A DNA stretch of 64,000 nt from Archaeoglobaceae archaeon (GTDB lineage: Archaea; Halobacteriota; Archaeoglobi; Archaeoglobales; Archaeoglobaceae): assembly GCA_038734275.1 (NCBI GenBank), contig JAVYOO010000005.1:31092-95091 (forward strand), in the 5' to 3' direction. The notes beneath the pieces were generated by a model, which was given only the letters and a program-made list of their open reading frames with translations, had not been told where the DNA came from and did no database searches. Positions 35,583 through 43,625 of the stretch are shown in pieces. The position numbers and the translations under genes are program-made. Numbering within the stretch: position 1 is the stretch's first letter; every line of letters begins with the position of its first letter.

Positions 35583-37280
35583 GATTTCATAAACTTTACT
35601 CAGGTCTCTTTTTTCCCTAAGAGCGTTCTTTAAAGCTCTTCTGATTTCATTTTTGTCTCCCTGAATTCTTTCAACACTCAAGACTGTGTAGGGTTTGATA
35701 AAGGCTCCAAATCGTTCTGAAATTTTTCTCTTTATGTCTTCATCGCTAATTGCTCCTTCAACAATCACGATCGGCAATTCATCTCCATCTTCATCTTTAA
35801 TCCCAACAACAACCGCCTTCTTTGTGTCATTAAATTCTATCGCGCTCTCAATTGCCCCGGGACTCAATCTGTATCCTTTAATTCTCAAAACGCTGTCCCT
35901 TCTGCCAAATGAGAAGATGTAGCCGTCATCGTTTATGAGCCCGAGGTTCATCGTGTCGTAGAAGCCATTTTTCAATAAAGCCCTGAATTCACGATCCAGA
36001 GGCATTGCAGGCCAAGGTGCTCTAACAATGAGCCTTTCGATCTTGTTTCTTATCGGAGCCCCTTTCTGATCGATCACATCCAGTAAAAATCCCGGCATAG
36101 CTTTGCCAACGGAACCTAAAGGAGTTTGAGCATTGGAATTCGTTACAAAGCTTCCAAGCTCACCCTGAATAAACGTTACTTTTAGCTGTGCTTCTCCAAA
36201 AATTCTCTGAATTTTGCTTAGGACTTCCGCGTTTAGCATGTCGGGAGTTGAGAATACCGCCTTAAGGCTTAAATCTCTGCTAAAGTCCCTTTCTGAAAGA
36301 ATTCTTAAAATTCCGCCCGCAGTTATGAAAATCGTTGCCTTGTGCTTTTCAATCAATTCAAGATATCGATTCCAATTTGGGTAATCTGGAGCTCCTTCGT
36401 AGCTCAGAATTGTTGAACCAAGCATTAAAGGTGCAAAAATACCGTAAGTGGCTCCAGTGATCCAGCAAGGCCAGATCGTGCAGAAAATGGTGTCGGATGA
36501 GCTAATTCCGAGCATTTTGGCTGTTGAAATCGCCTGAACCAGAAATCCTCCAGCTGAATGAGTTACTGGCTTGAATTCCTCTTCATAGCCAACATGCAAT
36601 CCGAAAAGCGGATCTTGGGAATCAAAGATTGCAGATCTTCCAGAACCTTTGCCAAGAAGCTCTTCGAATGCCAATTCATTGTAAAGCTTCGAGCCGAATC
36701 TGTTATGGACTATGACTTTTGGCTTAAATTTTAGGAAATCCAAAGCCTTCCTTAAGGTTTTTAAAGGCTCTAAGATTTTCTTGTTTCTATAAAATCCATC
36801 TACAGTAAAAACAATTCTCGGTTTTCTTAGGGCAATTCTCTTCGCCACTTCAAGCCATCCAAAACCAGTAAAAACTACCTCGAACGGAGATCCAAGCTTA
36901 ACTCCCGCTAAGATCGTTGCAAACGACTCTATGCATGGGGGAGCATATATCAGGAGCCAATCTCCTGCTTGCAATCCATTATCCTTTAATCCTGAAGCTA
37001 TTCTGCCTGCAAGCTGATCCAATTCCGCATAGCTTATTTTTCTGACTTCTCCAATCTCATTTTCGCTGATTATTGCAGTCTTGTTCCAGTTCTCCGTCTT
37101 GGAATGCTTTTTGATCAAGTTCTCGTATACATTGATCCTACCGCCCAAAAACCACTTGGCACTGCATAGATCCCCCTCTAGAACTCGCTCGAACTTCTTT
37201 TTCCAGATCAGGCTTTTAGCTTCGTTAATCCAAAACTCTTCTAACTCCACTTTCTGAGCAGAGAAAGCATTTATGGACAT
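35562..37280 (-). CDS. acetyl-CoA synthetase-like (AMP-forming ligase superfamily) protein with degenerate nucleotide-binding motifs
   Basis: It is collinear with ACS (KWFLGGRINVYEN..., DPLF..., GRRDSVLRIKGYRLSPGAIE). However, the P-loop position reads LHVGYEEEFKP instead of YTSGSTGKPKG. It lies 15 nt downstream of hypE on the same strand. Confidence 0.75.
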   Translation of the reverse strand: MSINAFSAQKVELEEFWINEAKSLIWKKKFERVLEGDLCSAKWFLGGRINVYENLIKKHSKTENWNKTAIISENEIGEVRKISYAELDQLAGRIASGLKDNGLQAGDWLLIYAPPCIESFATILAGVKLGSPFEVVFTGFGWLEVAKRIALRKPRIVFTVDGFYRNKKILEPLKTLRKALDFLKFKPKVIVHNRFGSKLYNELAFEELLGKGSGRSAIFDSQDPLFGLHVGYEEEFKPVTHSAGGFLVQAISTAKMLGISSSDTIFCTIWPCWITGATYGIFAPLMLGSTILSYEGAPDYPNWNRYLELIEKHKATIFITAGGILRILSERDFSRDLSLKAVFSTPDMLNAEVLSKIQRIFGEAQLKVTFIQGELGSFVTNSNAQTPLGSVGKAMPGFLLDVIDQKGAPIRNKIERLIVRAPWPAMPLDREFRALLKNGFYDTMNLGLINDDGYIFSFGRRDSVLRIKGYRLSPGAIESAIEFNDTKKAVVVGIKDEDGDELPIVIVEGAISDEDIKRKISERFGAFIKPYTVLSVERIQGDKNEIRRALKNALREKRDLSKVYEILKHQIG

Positions 37281-37294
37281 GGATCTTCGAGAGT

Positions 37295-38329
37295 TCAGCA
37301 GATCCTTGGAACAAGCTCTCCTCTCGGGGGCTCGACAATTCTGAAGCCACCTACAGCAGTTTTCATGAGCACATAGCCCTTGTATTTCTCGCTCTTTCGG
37401 ACTTCTCCGATCAAGCGAGCATTCTCAAAGCCTTGCTTTTTTAGAGCCTCAAGAAACTCTTCAGCAACTTCAGAGCTAACAGAGAAAAGTGCAGAACCCT
37501 CGCTTGCTAAGTAGATCGGATCTATGCCAAGCATTTCAGAATATCTTTTGACTGGTTCCTTTATTGGCAGATCGCTGTCGACAACAAGCACAGCTTCAAC
37601 ATTTTTAGCCCAGTCGTTAAGCACGCCTCCAAGTCCGCCCCTTGTAATGTCTCTGCATGCGTTTATGTGCTCAGAGTAAGCGTTAATGACTGGCAGAAGT
37701 GCTGTAAGTGGCTTTGCATCGCTCCTGAGCATTCCGCATTTAAGCTCTTCCACATCGCTGAGACCCATCTGGAGCATCATTATCACCGCTCCGTGATCGC
37801 CTACATAGTCTGTTACGATCAGCTTGTCCCCTTCTTTCGGCAGATCGACAATTGTTCTCTCAGCGATCCCAAGAACCGTGGTTGTAATCACTATTCTGTC
37901 AATTCCCCCTTTTGGCATGACTTTAAAGTCACCACCAACCAGTGCAACACCTTCTTTCTTGAAAACTTCAATCAGCGAATCGACTATGGTCTTTAGATCT
38001 TCAATCGGAAAACCCTCTTCGACTATGATCGAATCAAGCCCCGCTATTGGCTTTGCCCCCATAACAACAACGTCGTTGATCGAGCCTATCGCTGAGAGCA
38101 TTCCTATATTGCCCCCGGGAAAAAATGGGGGGTTTACCGTGTATGAGTCCGTAGAAACAACGATCTTTGAGTTTTTTACAGGAATCACCGCACCGTCATC
38201 GGGAAGATCAATCCCAAGTCCTTCAGGGACCTTCTTTAATCTTTCTGGAACCTTAGAGAACAGAATTTCGTTAAGCAACTCTCCAGTTTCTTCTCCGCCA
38301 GACCCATGGGCTAATTTAACGAATTTCAC
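37295..38329 (-). CDS. hypE: hydrogenase maturation protein HypE
   Basis: It has a PurM-like fold sequence, an N-terminal LAHGSGG motif and the diagnostic C-terminal ...PRIC. Confidence 0.92.
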   Translation of the reverse strand: MKFVKLAHGSGGEETGELLNEILFSKVPERLKKVPEGLGIDLPDDGAVIPVKNSKIVVSTDSYTVNPPFFPGGNIGMLSAIGSINDVVVMGAKPIAGLDSIIVEEGFPIEDLKTIVDSLIEVFKKEGVALVGGDFKVMPKGGIDRIVITTTVLGIAERTIVDLPKEGDKLIVTDYVGDHGAVIMMLQMGLSDVEELKCGMLRSDAKPLTALLPVINAYSEHINACRDITRGGLGGVLNDWAKNVEAVLVVDSDLPIKEPVKRYSEMLGIDPIYLASEGSALFSVSSEVAEEFLEALKKQGFENARLIGEVRKSEKYKGYVLMKTAVGGFRIVEPPRGELVPRIC

Positions 38330-38616
38330 TCTTTCACCTCTTTAGAGAGTTTCAGAATTCTCTCGTAATGCTCAAGCAAATCAGAGCTTTCGCCAGCAGT
38401 CCTTGCTATATCTCTGAGCATTTCCGCAGTTGTGCTTGCATCTTCAAAGCTCAGCTTTGTGATTATGACGCCCGCGTGCACGATCACAAGATCCCCTTTA
38501 TTCAGCTTCTCTTCCGCTATGCCAACGATGACTTTCCTAAGCACTCCGTCACCGTAGTCGATCTCAGCGAATTCGCCGTCGATCTTGCGCACAACCGCAG
38601 GCACTCCCCAGCACAT
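38326..38616 (-). CDS. hypC: hydrogenase assembly chaperone HypC/HupF
   Basis: 96 aa starting MCWGVPA, with the essential Cys2. It overlaps the hypE start by 4 nt. Confidence 0.9.
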   Translation of the reverse strand: MCWGVPAVVRKIDGEFAEIDYGDGVLRKVIVGIAEEKLNKGDLVIVHAGVIITKLSFEDASTTAEMLRDIARTAGESSDLLEHYERILKLSKEVKE

Positions 38617-38620
38617 TTTC

Positions 38621-39832
38621 TCACCTCAGCTCAAGCTCATCAGCAATTCGATCCGCCAAGCCATTTGCCCCAAATCTTGCCCAGATCGCACACGTGCCTT
38701 CCAGAGAGACCATGCAAGGTCCGACAGGCGAAGAGGGCGTGCACTTTTTCATAAAAAGCGGACAGTTAGTTGGCTTTTCTTTGCCTATAACCACTTCAGC
38801 ACATCTACAGCCCTTTGGCAAATCCGCTTGACAGCTTTCAGGAGCAATTTCTGGAATTCCATACTCCCTGAAGGCGTCGAATGAAGCAAAGTGATCTGAA
38901 ATCCTTAAACCGCTTTCTGGCAAAAACCCGATTCCACGCCAGGCGTCTTCAACAACTTTAAAAGCCCTGCAAATCATTTCCTGAGCCTTCAAATCACCTT
39001 CCCAGCTAACCGCTCTTGTGTATTCTATCGAAACCTTTGCTTCTCCTCTTACAAGCTGTTTTAAAATCTCTGCTATAGCAATGAGCACGTCTATCGGCTC
39101 AAAGCCCGTGACGACTACCGGGATCTTGTGCCTGTCTGCAACAGGCTTCCAGGACTTTGCTCCAATGATCGTTGAAACATGCCCGGGAGCTATAATTCCC
39201 TTGACTGAATTTTCTTCCTCTTTTTCAAGTATATCGACTGTTGCAATCATTGCGGGTGGTGTTAACTTTACCAAGCTCATCAGCTTCAGATTTTCAGGCA
39301 AAAGATTGCTTATGAGTGTCTGTGCATAGCCAGAGGCGACGGTTTCGAAGCCAATTCCCAAAAATACAGCCTCTTTACCATGAGCTCTTGCGTCAAGTAT
39401 TGCATCTCCTATTCCAGTTACGATCTTTATTTCAGCACCCAAAGCCTTCGCTTCTGCTAAGGAACTTGCACCATTTAAAGGCTTAAGGCTCGGAAGTCTA
39501 TAAACGTCGCCGTAGGTGTAAATTACAATCCCTTCAAAGCCTAATCGGATTGCATTTTCTATATAGTAAGATGGAGTAACGCAAACTGGACATCCAGGAC
39601 CAGCAACAAGCTCCAAGCCTTCAGGCATCAGGCTTCGCAGCCCATAGTGCGTTATCGTCCACTCATGCGTTCCGCAGAAGTCCATGATCTTAAAGCTCCC
39701 GAAATCTTTCTGCAATTTGCTGTAAAACTTGTCAATATAACCCACGAGAGTTTTGGCTAAGTTCGCATTGTTTCTGAAGATTTTTTCAAGACTTTTTATT
39801 GTTTGAGAGGCTTCTTCACTCATTTTTCTCAA
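38621..39832 (-). CDS. hypD: hydrogenase maturation protein HypD
   Basis: It has the signatures FCGTHEW and GPGCPVCVTP and a C-terminal Cys cluster. It lies immediately upstream of hypC. Confidence 0.92.
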   Translation of the reverse strand: MRKMSEEASQTIKSLEKIFRNNANLAKTLVGYIDKFYSKLQKDFGSFKIMDFCGTHEWTITHYGLRSLMPEGLELVAGPGCPVCVTPSYYIENAIRLGFEGIVIYTYGDVYRLPSLKPLNGASSLAEAKALGAEIKIVTGIGDAILDARAHGKEAVFLGIGFETVASGYAQTLISNLLPENLKLMSLVKLTPPAMIATVDILEKEEENSVKGIIAPGHVSTIIGAKSWKPVADRHKIPVVVTGFEPIDVLIAIAEILKQLVRGEAKVSIEYTRAVSWEGDLKAQEMICRAFKVVEDAWRGIGFLPESGLRISDHFASFDAFREYGIPEIAPESCQADLPKGCRCAEVVIGKEKPTNCPLFMKKCTPSSPVGPCMVSLEGTCAIWARFGANGLADRIADELELR

Positions 39833-39866
39833 ACAGAATTTGCAACCTATTTAAAAACTTTTCAGC

Positions 39867-40901
39867 TCAATCCTCATCAGAACTCGGAAACCTCTTTGCT
39901 GGAGATGGCTTTAAAATTTTGCTTCCATTTGATGTTATCAGCATATTGGTGAGCGCACTCAGAGAGCAAAGGGTTCCTCTGCCCACAATACCTTCTCCAG
40001 GGATCTTTGCAACTATAAAACCCTCGGAGGTAACTTCAATCTCGGTTCCAAGCTCCGAAAGGCGGTGAAGCACGATGTTGCCCATAGCCCCCATTGACTT
40101 CTCCATCCAGCAGTGCTTCATCGGGCAAAGGTTGCAATACGCTTTGAACCTCCTTGCACTCTCCTGAGACACTAAGCCCGCAGCAATCTCAGCTTTTGTG
40201 GTTGAATAGGCTATGCAACATCCAAGAACTCGATCCGCAAGCACCTTTTCTCCTTTAAGAATGCTTGCCCTAACTGCGCCCCCTTTTGCCTCGTATCTAT
40301 TCTCAACGCCTTCTTCAAACTTGATTTTTCCAGTATTCCGAGCATTCTTTAGCTTTTCCTTCACGAATTGCGTAAGCTGATCGTTTTTGATAATTGCCTT
40401 CACAATTGCACATGTCGGGCAATAAGAGACTGAAGACTGGGCAATCAGCCTATTGTCTTTATCGTAAAGCCTTGCCACAACGCCAACCCCTTCCCTTCTT
40501 ATAAGTGTTCTTCCTCCAAGCTCATTAACGAACTGTAGTGCGATGACTGATGGCGTTACAACCCTCCCATAGCCATAAAGTTCTGCAATCGCTTTAATCT
40601 CATCTTCATCGCTCAAAGCCTGCCTCAACTTGTCTTCAAACCTCTCGGGGATAAGCTTTGCATTTATTTCCGCCTCGAGGATCGCTGGAGACCAGACGAT
40701 GTCGAAGCCCTCTCCAATGACGTTGCCCTCATTGTCTTTTATCAAAGCCAAGATCCCATCGGGTTTTTCATATGCACAAACGACTCCATTCTCTTCTGTG
40801 ATAGCCTCAAGCGTTCCGTGGCAGATTCCACATGCCCCTTCGATCTCTCTTAGCTTTTCTGTCTGCTTTCTCACTCTTTTTCTAAAGTCCTCAGAGCTCA
40901 T
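39867..40901 (-). CDS. hypothetical Cys-rich protein with about 4 internal repeats, upstream of hypD
   Basis: The ATG at 40901 (MSSEDF...) is preferred over the TTG at 40970. The protein contains CGICHG, SYCPTCAIV, GCCIAYS and CNLCPMKHC. A unit of beta-hairpin-like segment followed by a Cys-containing helix recurs. I did not recognise a family. Confidence 0.5.
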   Translation of the reverse strand: MSSEDFRKRVRKQTEKLREIEGACGICHGTLEAITEENGVVCAYEKPDGILALIKDNEGNVIGEGFDIVWSPAILEAEINAKLIPERFEDKLRQALSDEDEIKAIAELYGYGRVVTPSVIALQFVNELGGRTLIRREGVGVVARLYDKDNRLIAQSSVSYCPTCAIVKAIIKNDQLTQFVKEKLKNARNTGKIKFEEGVENRYEAKGGAVRASILKGEKVLADRVLGCCIAYSTTKAEIAAGLVSQESARRFKAYCNLCPMKHCWMEKSMGAMGNIVLHRLSELGTEIEVTSEGFIVAKIPGEGIVGRGTLCSLSALTNMLITSNGSKILKPSPAKRFPSSDED

Positions 40902-40975
40902 CTTTTTCAATTCCTTCCAAGCCAAGATAAGTCTTTCGAGGTCTTGGAAAAGAAATAAAACAATCTTCAATGGAT

Positions 40976-40990
40976 AAAAATATATTTAAA
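40976..40990 (+). promoter_or_regulatory. strong TATA box (aaaaatatatttaaa) about 25 nt upstream of the ATG at 41012
   Basis: This is the best TATA match in the divergent intergenic region. It argues for the 41012 (or 41003) start rather than 40970. Confidence 0.5.
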
Positions 40991-41011
40991 TCAACCCCAC
41001 GAATGTTGAGC

Positions 41012-41950
41012 ATGAGTTACCTTAGCAAGGAGGAGCTGATTAAGCAATACGGAAGCTTACCATGGGTCTCACCTTATTCAAGAGTTGTCGCAATGACTGA
41101 CGGCGAGCTTGTGGAATTGCACGAGTTTCATGCTCGCGAAAGATGCTACGGAGGAGCCTCTTGGGAAGTTCTGCACTATCCGAGGGTTAGCGATCTTGTG
41201 TTGTGGGCAAGAAGAGAGGGTGCAAGAAACATTTTTGTTTTAAAGCCCGGAAAGACTGAGTTGAAGCTAATTCCCGGCGTAGCGGGAGCGGGAATTGAGG
41301 AAGTAAAGCTGACGGACAGAATCGAGATAACCTATGCTGGCTTGGCAGGCGGTGGAATTGCCGCAACAGTTTGCAGAGGAATGGCTGAAGATGTTGACGG
41401 CATTGAAATTGTGGAGCTTGGAGGCGGAGCAAAGCTTGGAAAAGCAAAGATCAGGCTTAAGAAGTATTCAAAGGTTGTAATAGGCGTTGACGACACTGAC
41501 AACAAAGAGAAGGGGGCAACATGGGCTCTTGTTAACGAGATCGCTTACAAGCTTGAAAAAGCGGGCTATGGCTACTATCTGCTTCATACGATCACACAGC
41601 TATACACCAAGAATCCCGCAAAGACCACAAATTGCGTTTCAATCTCAGTGAGCTTTGCAACTGAAAAGCCAGAAGAGCTTGTTGAGGCATTCAGAAAGGA
41701 GCTCGAGAAAACAACGCTCAGTGATAACACTGCAATGGTTGTTTACAGAAAAATTTCAATTCCTGAGAAGCTTAGAAAATATGGAGAGAAGGTGAAATCT
41801 CAGCTTGTTGAGCTTGAAGAGGCTAAGATAATTGCAGAAGAACTCGGAATAGAGACGATAGTAATAACTGGTGAGAGAGGTCTCATAGGCGCTGTAGCGG
41901 CTTTGGCATTCTCGAATTCGCCAGAAGAAGCTGTAAAGATCTATGCTTGA
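41012..41950 (+). CDS. hypothetical protein with TiaS-N-terminal-like (DDTD) domain in its C-terminal half
   Basis: The segment VVIGVDDTDNKEKGATWAL...LHTITQLYTKNPAKTTNCVSISV resembles the GIDDTDS...RLNPNIPWKTRGN core of tRNA(Ile2) agmatidine synthetase as I recall it. The gene is coupled to the next gene by an 8-nt overlap. Confidence 0.45.
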   Translation: MSYLSKEELIKQYGSLPWVSPYSRVVAMTDGELVELHEFHARERCYGGASWEVLHYPRVSDLVLWARREGARNIFVLKPGKTELKLIPGVAGAGIEEVKLTDRIEITYAGLAGGGIAATVCRGMAEDVDGIEIVELGGGAKLGKAKIRLKKYSKVVIGVDDTDNKEKGATWALVNEIAYKLEKAGYGYYLLHTITQLYTKNPAKTTNCVSISVSFATEKPEELVEAFRKELEKTTLSDNTAMVVYRKISIPEKLRKYGEKVKSQLVELEEAKIIAEELGIETIVITGERGLIGAVAALAFSNSPEEAVKIYA

Positions 41951-42980
41951 TTACAGAACAAAGCTTGAATTGCTCGTTCTTGGCGTAAGAAGCTCTTTAT
42001 CGCCTTTGCGCCGTGGAGGAGGAGGACCAGTAGGTGGAATTGGGTTCGCAGTTAGGGATTCAATAGTCTCCGCTCCGGCGGTGCAATCTTTTGCAAAGGA
42101 GTCTCCCTATGTGCTTTTAGAAAAGGACAATGGCGTATGGCTTTACAAAGGGCACGAGAAGATAGGCAAAGTCAAGCTTCCGACAGCGAAATACTATGAG
42201 CACATGATAAAGGGCATCTCCGCTGGCAGATATGTCGCCCTTGACGGAGTTAACGCCCTCGTCACCGCGGTGACAAGAAAGTGCGTGCATGTCGATGCAG
42301 GCAAAAAATGCGTTTTTTGCGTGATTGAAGAAAATGTTCCAGAGAAGCAGATCCTGGATAAGGATCCAGAAGATATTGCTGAAGCTGTGAAGGTTGCCTA
42401 TTTGGAAGACAAATCGAGACACTTGACTTTAACAACGGGAACGCCAAATCTTGTGGACAAAGGAGCGATCAGGTATTCAGAAGTTGCTAAGAAAATTCGT
42501 GAAGAAGTTGAAATTCCAATCCATGCACAGATTGAGCCAATAAACAGGGAATACTTGGAGCTTCTTTACTCTTCAGGAGTTGACACCATTGGGATTCACG
42601 TCGAGACTTTTGACGAAAGAATACGAAATGCGGTAGTGCCCGGAAAGCCCGCAATAGAGGAATACCTTAAAGCATGGGAAAATGCGGTTGAAGTTTTTGG
42701 AGAGTGGAACGTCTCATCTTGGATCCTTGTAGGCTTGGGGGAAAGCGTTGAAAGCGTTGTTAAAGGTTTCAGAGCCATGGCTGAGCGGGGAGTTTATCCC
42801 TACATCGCCCCGTATCGTCCGCCACCCAGCTCAGCGGATCGCACAGATCTAAGGCATGTGCTCAAAGTATACGAAAGCCTTGCAGAGCTTAAGGGAGAAT
42901 ACAAAATCAGGTTAAAGTTCAAAGCGGGTTGCCCGAGATGCACAGGTTGCTCAGCCATATTAGAGCTTCTCAGTCATTAA
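41943..42980 (+). CDS. radical-SAM-like TIM-barrel protein with non-canonical CX8CX2C motif
   Basis: The motif is C114-x8-C123-x2-C126 (CVHVDAGKKCVFC, nt 42282-42320). Radical-SAM-core-like strands are present (LTLTTGTP, GVDTIGIHVETFDE). There is an extra C-terminal CPRCTGC. Confidence 0.55.
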   Translation: MLDYRTKLELLVLGVRSSLSPLRRGGGGPVGGIGFAVRDSIVSAPAVQSFAKESPYVLLEKDNGVWLYKGHEKIGKVKLPTAKYYEHMIKGISAGRYVALDGVNALVTAVTRKCVHVDAGKKCVFCVIEENVPEKQILDKDPEDIAEAVKVAYLEDKSRHLTLTTGTPNLVDKGAIRYSEVAKKIREEVEIPIHAQIEPINREYLELLYSSGVDTIGIHVETFDERIRNAVVPGKPAIEEYLKAWENAVEVFGEWNVSSWILVGLGESVESVVKGFRAMAERGVYPYIAPYRPPPSSADRTDLRHVLKVYESLAELKGEYKIRLKFKAGCPRCTGCSAILELLSH

Positions 42981-43625
42981 GCAGATCTCTTTAACTTTTT
43001 CGACAACTTTTATTGCGTCGAGCTTTTTGAGGTTGACTTTATTCTCATTTATGGTGTTCAAAAGCTTTTCTGCCTCACTCTTGGTGATAAAACCCTCTCG
43101 AATTGCCTTTTCAATCAGAGTTTCGTAGCTTCGCCTTGAGTAATGCAGTCTTTTTGCAATCTCGATCAATCTGTCTCTCTTCTCTACCTCAATCAAGCCC
43201 TTTGTAACTAAAGCAGAAAGAGTTGCCCTTATGTTCACCAAAGGCTCCGAGAGTGCTTCGAAAGTTTCTGGATTGACAACAACCGCTACCTCATCGTCAG
43301 ATTCAAGCTCTCCATTTTTGAACATTCTGAAGATCTCACCAACGCCAATCATTCCAAGTTCGCAGAGTTCCGCAGCTCTTAGAGCCCCAATGCTTCCACC
43401 GCCAACAACGATCACTCCCTCTCTGAGCACTTCCATGATCTCCCTTGGAGAGATCGCTACATCCTGCAAAAAAACGCCGTCTATGATCCCCAGGATCTTG
43501 GCACCATCTTTGAGAGCTTTTAAAGCATCTCCACGCTTTATAGGCGGCCTATATTCCGCTTGAGCAAAGATCTTTCTTGCCTCTTCATGGCTAAGGCTTG
43601 GTCCAGTGAAGATCACAGCTTTCAT
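42960..43625 (-). CDS. tfuA: TfuA-like protein (YcaO partner)
   Basis: It has the motifs IFTGPSL...YRPPIKRGD...IIDGVF...GGGSIGALRAAEL...GMIGVGEIF...SDDEVAV. It overlaps the ycaO stop by 4 nt. Confidence 0.85.
   Translation of the reverse strand: MKAVIFTGPSLSHEEARKIFAQAEYRPPIKRGDALKALKDGAKILGIIDGVFLQDVAISPREIMEVLREGVIVVGGGSIGALRAAELCELGMIGVGEIFRMFKNGELESDDEVAVVVNPETFEALSEPLVNIRATLSALVTKGLIEVEKRDRLIEIAKRLHYSRRSYETLIEKAIREGFITKSEAEKLLNTINENKVNLKKLDAIKVVEKVKEICLMTEKL

Noticed and set aside
37824-38345. A 173-aa plus-strand ORF (and others at 37667-37996, 38368-38884 and 39018-39329) within the hyp operon
   Set aside because: All are antisense shadow ORFs of the strongly supported hypE, hypC and hypD genes.
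40902-41011. ORF-track N-terminal extensions that would make the two divergent genes overlap head-to-head at 40970
   Set aside because: The minus-strand extension begins with TTG, and the plus-strand extension would place the best TATA box (40976-40990) inside the CDS. The internal ATGs at 40901 and at 41003/41012 give a sensible divergent promoter region.
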